NCBI GenBank assembly: GCA_964016885.1
Contig: OZ024757.1
Coordinates: forward strand, 33,976,001-34,040,000
Direction of reading: 5' to 3'
Length of the DNA: 64,000 nucleotides
From: Eledone cirrhosa
Taxonomy: Eukaryota
In this document: piece by piece, positions 42,631 to 56,660 of the stretch
How positions within the stretch are numbered: position 1 is the stretch's first letter
How the letters are laid out: each line of letters opens with the position of its first letter
Made by a program: the position numbers and the translations under genes
The notes under the pieces: generated by a model
What the model was told of the DNA's origin: nothing
The model's input: only the letters and a program-made list of their open reading frames with translations
Database searches by the model: none

Positions 42631-44559
42631 GGTAGTGTCAATGGTAACATGTTTACTACAGTGGTCTGCTGTGATTGCATATGCTATGGTAGCATGGATG
42701 GTATGGTAGCATCCATTATGTTACCTGTGGATTATTCATTACCTGTCTGACCTTTCTCTCTCCATCCTCCTCTCCCCATCACTGAGATGAGGGGGAGATG
42801 GATTAGAAATACAGAATCGATTGAGCGTCCGACAAAATTACAGTGCAGCCGTGTCCAGTTCCAAATATTTACCATATACTTTCGTGATCGATAATCGATA
42901 AAAAAAAGTAACATTTTAATTAAATCTTCGAGGGGTAGTGGAGGTGGGTGTGTGGGGGTTAATAGCCCCCCCCCCTCTCAGTTCGCAATTAAAGTGCCGA
43001 TTAATTAAATATTAAAGGGTGGTAGTGGAGTGGTCAATTTAAAAGTTTGACCCCCCTCTCCCAGCTCAAAGTACTAATTAATTAAATATTTAAAGGTAGT
43101 GGTGGGGGAGGGGGTTAATTTAATAGTCCACCACCACCATCTCGTAATTAAAGTACTAATTTATTTAATATTTAAATGTACCGGGGGTGAGGGGTCAATT
43201 TGAGAACCACCAACACCACCATCAGCAACAGCAGTTCACATTTAAAGTACTAATTAATTAATTATTTGAGAGCAGTAGGGGTCATTTTATTGGTCCTCCT
43301 CATCCCATCCCACCCCATAAAAATTGTGGCCTTATATATGTTTATCTTTGATTTGTGGATAAATGATTGTTTGTCAGATGTTGTGTCATTCATGCCTTTC
43401 CGAAGAGATTAGCGACTTTTACAATTGTTATGATTTAAGTTTTGTTCCGTCTCTGTTGTTAAATTCAAGTTACGCAAGTTTAAATTGTCAGCAAATGTTT
43501 ACTATAACAACCGTTTCGGGGACGAGTGTTATAGTAGTTTTTTAAGGAGTTTTTTTTTTTTATTTAATTTTAAGGGTTTGGTTCGAGTATTAAATGTGGA
43601 CTTTATGTTTTTCCTATGATTTTTTTTTTTTGTGTGTGTTTAAAATGAATGTCGCTTTCAAAATCGTCGTAAATTACTGGTTTTTCTGTGTAAACCCCCC
43701 CCCCCCCTCACCAGAGATCTCCATTATACCCGCCTACGAGACGGGTGTAATAATAAAATATACAAAATTGTCTTTAAAACACCAGGGACGAGAAATATGT
43801 AGCAATAAATAGCAATGATAATAATAAATATAGCAGTAAACACGTTAGTGAGGGGGAAAATTACAACAATGTTTGCTGTGTACCCATGTACGTTTTCAAA
43901 ATATAACTGAATAATCAATATTTATGAACTTAAAATAAAGAGTATTTATGTTTAACATGCACATACATACATATATAACTTGATAGAGACAGACACACAG
44001 GTTCATTCTCTCTCACATACAGATACACACACACATCTAGACATAACAGCGACAGAAACATGCTTACGAGCAGATTCAGTAGCTGTGATACGTACATCTG
44101 TACTAAATCGTACACAACAGGGGAAAGAAACGCGCGTACACACAGACACAAATTTTCGAATTCACCTACATACATACATAATGCTACATGTACAAACACA
44201 CACGGGTACAATACACACACAGGTACAACACATACACTGCAAAGACACAGTGTCTACACACACATTCATACAGCACACAATACATACACTCACACACACA
44301 TAAACAGTGCATACACACAAGCATACAATACATACACTACAAACACATAGTGCTTACACACACATAAAATACACCCACATAAGCACATAATACATACACT
44401 ACACACACAAACACATTATACATACACTCATACATAGTGAATACACACAGGTACGCATGTATTCGGCTTGTGTGTTTCTTAGAAACATAACTATATCATT
44501 ATTATTCGAAATACAGTCGCCCCAACATAAATGACTATAATGATAGTCGATCACGATAA

Positions 44560-45135
44560 ATAATGGTTTCTGATTTAGTCACAAGGCCAGCAATTTTGGG
44601 GGAGGGAGAAGTCGATTAAATCGACGCAGTACGTAACTGGTACTTTATTTTATTGACCTCGTAAGGATGAAAAGCAAAGCTAACATCGTCGGGATTTGAA
44701 CTCAGAACGTAAATTAAATTGATTCCCAGTGTGTTACTGGTACTTTATTTATCGACCCTGTAGGGATGAAACGCAAAGGTAACCACGTCGGAATTTTAAC
44801 TAGGAACGTAAAGGGCCTTAACTCTATGTCCGGCGCCTTATCGATACTGCCAATCCGAGAGACAGGTGCGCGCTTCAGTCCACATTTTTCCATCTTCAGG
44901 GATACTTTACGTGATTTTCTAAACTATTGTTATCCATAACTCTATAGCAAAGACATTACCATCCATTATTAACACTGTCCCTTTACCTTCTGAGTTCAAA
45001 TCCCGCCGAGGTTAGCTTTGCCTTTCATCCTTTACGAGGTCAATAAAATAAAGTACCAGTTACGTACTGGGGTCGATTTAATCGACTTTCCCTTCCCCCC
45101 CAAATTGTTGGTCTTGTGTCTAAATCAGAAATCAT
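44560..45135. mobile_element. SINE copies in both orientations
   Basis: CTGAGTTCAAATCCCGCCGAGG...TTTGCCTTTCATCC...AAGTACCAGT...GGCCTTGTG. Also at ~12105, 28120, 47290, 54195, 60480 and 61830. Confidence 0.75.
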
Positions 45136-45839
45136 TATTACTATTATTATTGTCATTTGCGTTGTTGGTACTACTACATTTCAAATTTCACATGTTCCCA
45201 AGGCTTTACGTCAGCCGGTTGATTACAATATATTACGCTTCCAGACGTCGTGATATATACACCCCCGTTCTTTTGATTTTTCTCTATTTTTCTCTCCATT
45301 CATCTATCTATTAATGGGTTTGTTATTACACAACTAAACACACACACACATTCTTTTACTGGCTTCAGGTCTTTAAAATGTGGCCATGCTATGGTATCGC
45401 CTTTGCTTATTCGACTATATCGACGCCAAGTAGTTATTTTTTTAAAGTCTGGTACATATTTTATCGATCTGTTGTTGTCGATCCGATAAAGTTAGCGGAC
45501 ATAAACAAGGACACACATACACATATATTCTTTTACTAAAACTGCGGCTACGCTGGGGTACTCTCTTGACTTAGTCGATCATAGTACTGGAGTTGAAAAC
45601 TCCAGTACTTATTCTTTTGTAAGTCTGATATTTATTATATCGATCTGTTTGTGTATAACGGCTAAGTTGTGTGTGTTACAAATATTAGATTGAAACATTT
45701 GAGAGGCTTGTATTACAGACTCACGCACACACATACACAACTATAAGATTCATACGATTGTGTAAACGTAATGACATAACCAGACTTGTCTTGTATTACT
45801 TAATCCACCAGACAGCCTTATATAGAAATGGATTGATCG

Positions 45840-46298
45840 TGTAGGTGACAACAAAAAGCGCCCCGCCCACACTGTAAAGTGGTCATTTTGGTGCCACGAC
45901 AAAAACTACCCAGTCCACACAGTAAAGTGGTCGTGTAGGTGACACGACAAAAAGCGCCCAGTCCACACTGTGAAGGGCTCAAGTAGGTGACACGACAAAA
46001 CGCGTCCAGTCCACACTGTAAAGTGGTTGTCTAGGTGGCACGAAAAAACGCGTCCAGTCCACACTGTAAAGTGGTTGTGTAGGTGTCACAACAAAAACTA
46101 CTCTTCCACACTGTAAAGTGGTCATGTATGTGTCACGACAAAAAATACCGTCCACAGTAAAATGGTTGTATAGGTGCCACGACAAAAACCGCCCAGTCCA
46201 CACTATAAAGTGGTCGTGTAGGTGGCACAACAAATAGCACCCAGTCCACACTGTAAAGTGATTGTGTGGTACCACGACAAAAAGTGTCCAGTCCACAC
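45840..46298. repeat. ~48-bp minisatellite derived from a dispersed repeat
   Basis: Unit CCAGTCCACACTGTAAAGTGGTTGTGTAGGTGxCACGACAAAAAGCGC. Opposite-orientation arrays at 47780-48145, 49350-49605 and 62800-63060. Confidence 0.85.
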
Positions 46299-46360
46299 TA
46301 TGACCCCGACGGCAGAGCTCAAGCCGTCGAAACGGCTTGAGCTCTGCCGTCGGAGTCATA
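46299..46360. mobile_element. Family A fold-back palindrome with hammerhead 3' half
   Basis: TATGACCCCGACGGCAGAGCTCAAGCCGT-C-GAAA-CGGCTTGAGCTCTGCCG-TC-GGAGTCATA. Confidence 0.75.
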
Positions 46361-47050
46361 CCTTTTCCTATATATATATTAATAGTTTAAATAACACCAA
46401 AAAGTTAAACCATTTAACTCTTGGGTGTTATTTAAACTATTAATTTATAACAGCTCTGCGTGACCTCATTGCATTGAGCTACAAAATACCCTGTAAATGA
46501 GTATAATTACTCCCATTGATATCATAATTATAACTATATTATAATATTAGTAGTACTTATTATATATATATATTTATAAGACAGTAAATAGAGAAAAGTA
46601 CACAAAGAGATGTGTGTTCAATTATAGGAGACATAATACCACCAGAGTGAAAATCATATAATTTACAAACAGAATGGAAAATGCACAAGAATTAAAAAGA
46701 TAAATTAAAGTGTACAGACCATTGTTTATATATATATTTATTAAACATAAGACATTGTTTATATATATTTATATAAACATAAGACAACATAACTGCTCTT
46801 TAGTACCTCCAACTGACTTTCTTTCCAATATATATTTTGCAAAGATCCATCTTACAATGTATAGATTACAATTGCATTGATAATTATATACTATTGTCAT
46901 TTTCCACATGGAAGTTACTAGAAGTTGTCTGTGATCTTAGAAACAAAGGATTTCCTGGGTGGTCACGGCAGGAATGTCTTTGATCATGGATCTGTTGTAT
47001 CAGAACTGATCTGGTGCTAATCAACAACACGAAATTATGTTAGATATATG

Positions 47051-47168
47051 CAGAGGCATAACTAGGGCTTATTTGACTTTAATAGAACTGTTCCTAGTCC
47101 AAGTGGCACCCCCTTCATGTGACACCCATGGCATGTGCCATGCTTGCCAAACCCTAGTTATGCCTCTA
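47051..47168. mobile_element. hAT MITE
   Basis: TIRs CAGAGGCATAACTAGGG / CCCTAGTTATGCCTCTA; 8-bp TSD GATATATG/GATGTATG. Confidence 0.8.
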
Positions 47169-47518
47169 GATGTATGTGAGGGCAGTGAATTTGCAGAGTT
47201 GTTAAGAATGTTGGACAAAATGTTAACTCTTTCTTCTGGCTCTTTATGTTCGAACAAAATGCTTTGTTGTATTTAGTTGCGAATTTCTACAGTCTGAGTT
47301 CAAATCCTGCCGAGGTCAACTTTACCTTTCATTCTTCTGAGGTCAATAAAATAAAGTACCAGTAAAGTACAGGTCTCGATATAATTGACTTTATCTTTCT
47401 CCAAAATTGCTGGCCTTGTGCCAATGTTATTATTTGAGACCGCTTAGCTGGGTGTAGATCACACACATCTGACAAGATTAACTCTACAGTTGCACCACAT
47501 ATTATACAACTACTAGAT

Positions 47519-47691
47519 CAGGGTCTCCCAAACTTTTTCAAACTCAGAACCCTTTTGGGTTCAGAAATATTTTGGAGGAACCCCCAAGTCTAATACTGTT
47601 ACATGGTCATAATTTAAATATATTCCTCTACTTTTTTCATGGAACCCCAGACACTCTTTTGCGGAACCCTTGGTTTCCGTGGAACCCACTG
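47519..47691. mobile_element. hAT (Charlie-like) non-autonomous element
   Basis: CAGGGTCTCCCAAACTTTT...CCCACTG; TSD TACTAGAT/CACTAGAT. Confidence 0.75.
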
Positions 47692-48204
47692 CACTAGATG
47701 TACAAGTATTACCTAAAGCAACCATTGACACTTGTTTATGTCCTGCATAAACAATGTTCCTGGCTGGCTGCCCTTAGCATTTTATCATGGCACCACCACA
47801 ACTACCATTTTACAGGCTGGACAGGGTACTTTTCATTGTGATACCAGTATGACCACCTTACAGAGTCAACTGAGTGCTTTTTTTTGTCATGGTCCCCCAC
47901 ACTATCACTGTACAGGGTGTACTGGGAGTGTTTTGTCATGACACCAACACTACCGTTATTACTGGATGTATTAGGAGCTTTTTGTCATGGTCCCCACACT
48001 ACCACCTTACAAGGTGTACTGGGAGTTTTTTGTCGTGACACCAGCACTACCACCTTACTGAGTGTATTAGGAGCATGTTTTCATGGCACCAGTACTATCA
48101 TCAAACTGGGTGGACTAGCTGCTTTTTGTTGTGGCACCAGCACAACATTACTGGGTTATTCACATGAATTCACTAGTGATAGAAATTGTTGTTTAGCCCT
48201 AGGT

Positions 48205-48504
48205 CAGTGATTCACAACGTGGAGTGTATGCCCTAGAGGGAGGCAACTTGAAAATGATGTTAATAAGAACTAACTTCAGGTTTTATCTTATTACTTTTAT
48301 ACCAAGGCAACTTTGGTACACATTACTGTCAGAAACTCCTATCTCACCTCCTCCACATATGTCATTGTGCATCTGGCACGAACTACACCTATTTGTTTAC
48401 ACTTTACAGTTGATCAACACTGTTTTCATATCAAGGGGGATGGGACATAACTATTTTTGAGATGTTAAGGTGGGGCATGGTGCAGAAGAGGTTGGGAACC
48501 ACTG
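48205..48504. mobile_element. hAT (Charlie-like) non-autonomous element
   Basis: TIRs CAGTGATTCACAAC / GTTGGGAACCACTG; TSD CCCTAGGT/CCCTAGCT. Confidence 0.8.
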
Positions 48505-48952
48505 CCCTAGCTCAAAGATAATTGAGTAAACCTATGATGAAAGGCATTCTTACAGTGACTATCCAGCCCATTATTTTTTCCCTAAGTAGCCCTCAAAAAG
48601 ATGGTATAGTCTTGACTAGAATCATTTTAATCATATATCTGCTTGATCAAGATTTACCTAGGGTTAAACAACAATTTGGCCCCCAATAACCTATCATACT
48701 TCATTAGAAATATAGTAGTGAAAGAGTTCAATCAGGGATGAGTACATTAACCCTTTAGCATTTACATTACTCTATATATACTTTTATTACTATATTTCTT
48801 GAAAATAATCAAGAATATGAAAGGAATTAGAAATATCTGTAACTTTCTCATTATTATTGTATTACATGAACATGAGTAACTGTTTTCTGACCTCAGAAAG
48901 AATATGGTTTAACCAGAATATTTACTTTTCAAGATGGTTTGATTCATGTCAG

Positions 48953-49003
<51 letters not shown>

Positions 49004-49054
49004 AACAAAGTTATCTCAAATATTGAGGTTTGAAACGTGAGTGTATTAGAATTT

Positions 49055-49186
49055 GTAGGATAATGGGAAAAACTCAGTGCAAGGAAGCTGTTAAAACAGC
49101 TCGAGGTAAATTTTGCCCACCGCCATCATTAACAGCATTTTGTTTTAACACAGCTTTCTTGTGCTGAGTTTTTCCCATTATTCTAC
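49055..49186. repeat. Inverted repeat with ~45 bp arms
   Basis: GTAGGATAATGGGAAAAACTCAG...TTAAAACA pairs with TGTTTTAA...CTGAGTTTTTCCCATTATTCTAC; next to a TA tract. Confidence 0.7.
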
Positions 49187-50117
49187 GTATGTATGTATAT
49201 ATATATATGCATCACTGTTTAACATCCATTCTTCCATTTTAGCATGGGTTAGACGAGTTGTCCCATTGTGAGACAAACTAGATCAGATGACCATGTCCTG
49301 CTCATGGATCACTCATTTTAGCTTGGTTTCTATGGCTAACATCATCCACATTTACAGTGTGTACTGGGTGCTTTTTGTCGTCACATCTACATAACCACTT
49401 TACAGTGTGGACTGGGCATTTTTTGTCGTGTCACCAACACAACCACTCTACAGTCTGGACTGGGCACTTTTTGTCGTGTCACCAACACAACCACTCTACA
49501 GTCTGGACTGGGCACTTTTTGTCGTGTCACCAACACGACCACACTACAATGTGGACTGGCCGCTTTTTGTCGTGGCACCAAAATGATCACTTTTCAGTGT
49601 GGACTGGGGGCTGGGGGACTTATCTGGTGAAGGGTGAGCTGTTAGGGCATTTGTGGAGTGTTAGGACATGGGAGAGGGAAGGTGGTGCATAGAAGATGTA
49701 CACTTCAACTTGTGCCTATGGGAAGGCGGGTCTTCTGTGTGTCTATACACATATGTGAAATAAAGTGTCAGTGTTTTGCTCAAGGATATAGCGTACCGCT
49801 GGGAACCGAACTCCTTAACCACTAAGCCATGTGCCTTCATCATATACGAGGTTGGGTTGTTAAAAAGTTCATAGGGTCATTATGGAGTAATGCTAGAGCT
49901 GTGAAATCTTGCATTCATTAATTTCTGCTCTTCTTACTAGTAACTGCATTGTTTCTTTCCAGTAACTATATTGAAAAATAAACCACATTTGGTTATTCCA
50001 TGAGAGTATCTTGATCAACCTATGAACTTTGTATATACTGTGTATATATATATATAAATGAAAAGTATAGAAATTATTGTGAGCGTGAAGCCAACAGTAT
50101 TTCATAATATATATGTG

Positions 50118-50160
<43 letters not shown>

Positions 50161-50249
50161 GTGTGTGTGAAGTACCAACACGCTTTTAGGAACTTTCTAT
50201 TCCAGGAAGCTGAACTCCTACTGACGACGCGGTTCCCGCCAAATTACAT

Positions 50250-50545
50250 CATCATCATCAGGTCGAGCTTGCTCGGCCTTCTACGACACGTTTCCTCCAT
50301 CCATCTCTGTCTCTCATAGCATTTACCAGTTCTTCCGCAGTGCATCCAGTATCGTCCTCAAGTTGCTTGACATATGTCTTCTTGGGGCGACCAGCGTTTC
50401 TTGCTCCTTGAGATGGACTCCATAACAACACATCACCTGCTATTTCTTCCTTACTGCGCCAACAGTGGCCAGCAAATCTGAGTCTCTGTTTACGTATTGA
50501 CTTGCTGATAGGTGGTATATTGCCATAGAGATCCTTATTTGCATA
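50250..50545 (-). mobile_element. RTE-clade LINE 3' end
   Basis: LYGNIPPISKSIRKQRLRFAGHCWRSKEEIAGDVLLW...GRPKKTYVKQL..DTG with a (GAT)n tail. Confidence 0.85.
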
Positions 50546-50886
50546 CTAGCATTACCTAATTTCTGCACAAGATGGCTCCATTTGGACCACCAGCAGCAGA
50601 TTGGAATTGTAGAAACTGGTGCATCAGTTCGAGTATCTCAAATTTCCTACCCACACAAAGTCGTCTTCTTCACTGATAAACATGTCTACACTCTAATCAG
50701 TTGGGTTCACATTTTAATGATACGTACTTAATTAAATTATTGAGTGAGGAAACAACCGAAGCTGTGTCCATTCTATTCAATAAGCTTCATCCCATAATTA
50801 AATATATATATATATATGTGTGTGTGTCCGTCTGTAGAGATTACATAACTACTGTGAATAGACAGACGACAGATTACATAATCAAA

Positions 50887-50931
<45 letters not shown>

Positions 50932-51114
50932 TACAAAACCTTGGTTATGTAATCTGTCGTCTGCTTGGTCATGTGACAAAATGTGTCTGCTCAATTCTTT
51001 GGTTTGTTTTAACCATCACTTCCCCCCCCCTCTTTCTCCCTCTCTCTCGTATGTCTGTAACAGTGTGTTTGTCTTCTCTTCTCTCTCTCTGTATTTCTCA
51101 TTAGTAACACACAC

Positions 51115-51604
51115 ACACACAAAATGTTTGATATACCAATAGACACACTCACACACATTATAAAATGTTTGATACACAAACACACACACACACATAAAAT
51201 GTTTGATATACCAACACTCACACACACATACATTATGAAATATTTGTTACACCAACACATGCACACACACACATAACATTTTTGATACACCAACACATAC
51301 ACACACTATGAAATGTTTCATCCACCCACACACACACATAAAATGTTTGATACACCAATACACATACACACAAACACACATAAAACGTTTGATACACTAA
51401 CACACATATGTAAAATGTTTGATACGCCAACACACACACACACACATATGTAAAATGTTTGATACGCCAACACACACATATATAAAATGTTTGATACGCC
51501 AACACACACATATATAAAATGTTTGATACGCCAACACACACATATATAAAATGTTTGATACGCCAACACACATATATAAAATGTTTGATACGCCAACACA
51601 CACA
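51115..51604. repeat. ~32-bp minisatellite AAAATGTTTGATACGCCAACACACACATATAT
   Basis: Direct reading. Confidence 0.9.
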
Positions 51605-51606
51605 CA

Positions 51607-52558
51607 TGAGGTGTGTCAAAAAAGAAACATGACTGAGGTCACAAACAAAATATTTCAAACCTAAACTACAAGCAAGTTCCCCCTTCGAAATAATCTCCCT
51701 CGAGTCTCACGCACTTTCCCATACTTCTCCACTATGCCTCCATGCACTCCTGGAAGGATTCTCCCAAGATTCTTCGCAGCTCCATCATCACAGCCCTCTT
51801 GATAGCTCTGGTGCTTGGTCTCTGGGACGTACTTGAAGATGACTCATCACCGGTGATGACTCTCCCCAGCATTTTGGTTCAGTTTGAAGACACTTGAGGG
51901 TATTCTGACACCTGCATGTGCTGCTCCTTCTGGTCATCATTCACCAGCTTCAGAACCATCTTCACGCAGATCTTCCCCGATAATCGTCCAAGCGCTATTG
52001 TGGTTCATACCCAACTCACTTGCAGTTAGTCAAACAGTCAGCTGACAATTTCCACACACCACCTGCCTCGTGCACTCAATGTTGGCCTCAGTCCTGCTCA
52101 TTGAAGACCTTCTGTTTCGAGGAGTCACCTTTAACCCTTTAACATTTAAACCAGCTGTATCCAGCCAGATTTCTCTCACCTCTTTTCTGTTCAAAATAAA
52201 TAATATCAATATCTCGTAGATTCAATATTATGTGAGATAAAGGGTTAAACCTTTTGTGCCACTTGAACACCCACGGGCACAACCTTGCTGTAGTATTCTG
52301 AGTGCTTCTGATAGTTTCCCCCAGCCGGACTAGAAACTTCAGGTTGGTTCGTTGCTCTGTGTCCACCACTCAACGTATGATTGAGGAGCTGTTAGCAAAA
52401 AAAAGCACATGAAAAAACATACAATAGCTGCAGAGGGCTGAGATTGCAGTTATATACTCCACGGATATTACATCATATAGTGACACAACCGGCTAATCCC
52501 TGCCCCACTTATAGATCACACAGCACATTAGGTCTTGTTACTTTTCTGACACACCTCG
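51607..52558 (-). mobile_element. Internally deleted mariner transposon with a nested TTAA MITE (52131-52248)
   Basis: TIRs (C)GAGGTGTGTCAAAAAAG / CTTTTCTGACACACCTCG-TA; transposase remnants EQRTNLKFLVRLG and VITGDES. Confidence 0.88.
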
Positions 52559-53159
52559 TATATAAATTATAAAATGTTTGACACGCACACATTATAAGAT
52601 AACAATACACCTGCATACACACACACATAAGATATGTAATAGACTGACACACACACATTATACAATATATAATACACCAACACACACATTATACAACATC
52701 TAATACACCAACACACACACACACGCACATTATACAACATCTAATACATCAACAAACACACACATCATCATCATCATTGAACGTCTATTTTCCACACTAG
52801 CATGGGTTAGACAGGTTTGTCCCATTCAAGGCAAGTTGGGTTGTGTGACCATGTCTCACTTGTATAGGACTGTTTCTGGCTGGTTTTCTACGACTGGATG
52901 CCCTACCTAATGCCAACCACATTTACAGTGTGGGGGGGGCTTGGTGCTTTTTGTCGTGACACCTACATGACTACTTTACAGTGTGGGCTGGATGTTTATG
53001 TAATATCAACATAACTTTACAGAGTAAGGGTGGTGTAGGTGTGTGTGTGTGTGTGGTGTGTATTGGATTAAGAGGTGTCTACTGAGTGTATGTTTGAGTC
53101 TGTGCGCAAGGGAAGGCGGGTCTACTGTACCAACACCCCCCACCCCCCACACACATTAT

Positions 53160-53410
53160 ACAATGGAATAAGGTTGAGTGAAGTTGACACTTTTGTTTAC
53201 CTGGCAGTGGATTGTTGAGGGATGGTTCACTAGATGCGGAAATACACCTGCACATGCAGAAGACCTCTGTAGCCTTCAGAAGACTCGAAAAGAGAGTTTC
53301 GGCAGATCATGGTATCAATAAGAAGACCAAGATTAGTGTGTACAAGGTTTACATATTGAGTGCTTTGTTGTATTCCTCGAAAACATGGACAGTACATCGT
53401 AGACATGGAT
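53160..53410 (+). mobile_element. RTE LINE fragment
   Basis: DGSLDAEI...AFRRLEKRV...TKISVYK...LLYSSKTWT. Confidence 0.85.
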
Positions 53411-53432
53411 TCAGAGATGGTTCACCATTACA

Positions 53433-54153
53433 TTAACCCTTTAGCATTCACATTACTCTATATATACTATTATATTTTCATGGTAAAGGGTTTACCTCAC
53501 ATAATTATCTCACATAATATCGAATCTATGAGATTTTGAAAGTATTTATTTTGAGAACAATACCTTAACATCAGTATGGGTGACCAGTTACAGCCAGTTT
53601 CAACAGAAAAAGGTAAAGAATTCTGGCCGGTTTGAACACTAAAGGGTTAACACTGTATTGGTGGCCCATCTCCAAATTAAATTTATTCTATAATCTCTGT
53701 TTCTATTTGTAGTAATCATTTTTTCATCATCATCATCATCATCATTTAACGTCTATCTTCCACGCTAACATGGGTTAGATGGGTTTGTCCCATATGAGCA
53801 AGACACGGTCAACCGACCCTAATTTTGTCATCCACACCTGATGAAATCGCCTAAGTCTTGCATCATGATTAGATGATGTAACTAGTCCATTGAAATTCAT
53901 ATAGCGTTTTTGCTACATTTTAACTTTAACCCTTTAGCATTTACATTACTCTATATATACTATTGTATTTTTATGGCAAAGGCTTATCTTACATAATTAT
54001 CCCACATAATATTGAATCTATGAGATTTTGATGTTATTTATTTTGAGAACAATACCTTAACATCAGTGTGAGCAACCAGTTACGGCTGATGTGAACAGAA
54101 AGAGGTGAGAGAATTCTGGCCAGATACAGCCGGTTTAAATGCTAAAGGGTTAA
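53433..54153. mobile_element. Two piggyBac-type TTAA MITEs (53433-53650 and 53926-54153)
   Basis: TTAA-CCCTTTAGCATT...CTAAAGGG-TTAA. Confidence 0.85.
53834..53907 (+). ncRNA. Decayed hammerhead-like motif
   Basis: acac-CTGATGA-aat...att-GAAA-TTCATA-TA-gcgt; stems only partly paired. Confidence 0.35.
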
Positions 54154-54379
54154 ATGGATATTTCCAGTCTGGTATATATATATATATATATATAATTGTT
54201 TCTACTTTTGGCACAAGGCCAGCAATTATCCCAGTGCATTACTGGTACTTTAGTTTATCAACCCTATAAGGATGAAAGGCAAAGTTAACCTCGGCAGGAT
54301 TTGAACTGAGATCAGAAAGGGGCGTAACTCTGTGCTGCAAAGCCTGTTGTCCGACCCTCTACCGATACTGCCAAACCAC

Positions 54380-54616
54380 CTAGCAAACCAGCCCATCGTT
54401 GCCAGGCACACCTTTTGCCACTATAAATAAAACCTCCACCTCAGATAGCCATAGAACTCTGTTATTTTAGGGGAGAGAAAGATTTAAACTGCTTGTTGAC
54501 CTGCTCTAGAAGCTAAATAACCTATGTACCAAATTTGGACAAAATTGGATGGAAACTGGAAATGCATCGCCTGCATACAGACACAGACAGACATTTTCGT
54601 TTTTATATATATAGAT
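54380..54616 (+). mobile_element. Non-autonomous Helitron-like element
   Basis: 5' CTAGCAAACCAGCCC, internal GTACCAAATTTGG, and 3' ACAGACAGACATTTTCGTTTTTATATATATAGAT, resembling Lep1-type elements. Confidence 0.5.
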
Positions 54617-54975
54617 ATACAAGCATGACAGCCACAACCTCTGGCTCAATAGGACACACACATGTATCATTTGCCATCGACTCAGCCACTCAACTCATTC
54701 ATTTCATCACTTCAACTTAAACACTACTATTACAATGAACATATAACAAATCACAACACATCCACCAGCACTACCGCATCTGTGTGCCATAGAGAGAGAG
54801 AGAGGTATAATGAGATAGAGAGAATGGGAGAGAGATAGCTAGAGAGAAATACTGTTCATTACTCTTCTATTTTCACTAATGTTCATATTAAAAAATAAAA
54901 ACTTTTAAAAAATGAATAGAACTTCTGTTTACCTTTCAAAAGTGTGACAGTTGACAGTTTCAATTAATTAACATA

Positions 54976-55008
<33 letters not shown>

Positions 55009-55069
55009 CATGACACATAAGACTCCCCTGCCCCCACAGGATATACACGACTCCCAGCTCCATTTCATC

Positions 55070-55400
55070 AGAGAATGTTAACAACAGAGAATATTAGCCT
55101 ACCAGATACCTTAGCTTCACATATAAAACCTGGGGTTGATATATTTGTAAGGAGAGAGGTTTTTATATGCCATCAAATACAGTGTACCCTTGGCATACGC
55201 GGTCCTGGTTATTTGCGGAATTTTCTGTACTTCTATGGTAGAGGGAACTCCTTGTGGTATTACCCTAGAAGACTGAGGCTGGCAGTTGCCCCTGGTGATG
55301 CTGGCCCAACACCTGAACATCTGAGTTTTATTGTAATTTTGCACTGGAAACCCACAAACCCCAACTTGTTACCTTCAGGAAGCCCTGTCATCCAATTGCA
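55070..55400 (+). mobile_element. Highly decayed non-LTR ORF2 C-terminal remnant (tentative)
   Basis: QCTLGIRGPGY and ..TPEHL resemble the RCTLAQLRSGY and CxxC..TxEHL motifs. Confidence 0.35.
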
Positions 55401-55499
55401 CAAGTTTCGCAGTGTCCCAGTCATCCTTAATTTTTCTTCTATGAACACCTTGTTAAAATGCCCCTACTATAAACTCCTTGTTATCACACTTACATAATG

Positions 55500-56660
55500 A
55501 TACCTCGTTAATACACACTCCTACATAATGTTACATCACTTCCATAAACACCTCGTTAATACATACATTATGTCACTACTTTCATAAACACCTCGTTAAT
55601 ACATGCTTACATAATATCAGTTCCATAAACACCTCATTAACACACACACACAAAGTATGTCACTTTACTTCCATAAACACCTCGTTAACACACAGACTTA
55701 CTTAATATCGCTACTATAAACACTTCATTAACACACACTCGTTAACACATACAATGTCAGTACTATAAAAACTTCGCTAACTCACACTCTTTAACACACA
55801 CACACTCATTAACACATACACACACTTATAGAATGTCAGTACTATAAACACTTCATTCGCACACATTCATTAATGCACACTCATTAACACATACACACTT
55901 ACATAATGTCAATAAATAACACCTCATTAACACACAATGTCCTATCCATTACCATCTCGTTAACACACACTTACATAATGTCCTATCGATTACCATCTCG
56001 TTAACACACACACAATGTCCTATCCATTACCATCTCGTTAACACACACTTACATAGTGTCCTATCGATTACCATCTCGTTAACACACACTTACATAATGT
56101 CCTATCGATTACCATCTCGTTAACACACACACAATGTCCTATCGATTACCATCTCGTTAACACGCACACAATGTCCTATCGATTACCATCTCGTTAACAC
56201 ACACACAATGTCCTATCGATTACCATCTCGTTAACACACACACAATGTCCTATCGATTACCATCTCGTTAACACACACACAATGTCCTATCCATTACTAT
56301 CTCGTTAACACACACTTACATAGTGTCCTATCGATTACCATCTCGTTAACACACACTTACATAATGTCCTATCGATTACCATCTCGTTAACACGCACACA
56401 ATGTCCTATCGATTACCATCTCGTTAACACACACACAATGTCCTATCGATTACCATCTCGTTAACACACACACAATGTCCTATCGATTACCATCTCGTTA
56501 ACACACACACAATGTCCTATCCATTACTATCTCGTTAACACACACTTACATAGTGTCCTATCGATTACCATCTCGTTAACACACACTTACATAGTGTCCT
56601 ATCGATTACCATCTCGTTAACACACACACATAATGTCCCATCCATCAACATCTCATTAAC
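55500..56660. repeat. 34-39-bp minisatellite AATGTCCTATCGATTACCATCTCGTTAACACACAC
   Basis: ~20 homogeneous units at 55935-56660, preceded by degenerate units. Confidence 0.95.

Noticed and set aside
55935-56660. Array as CRISPR
   Set aside because: Tandem units without spacers.
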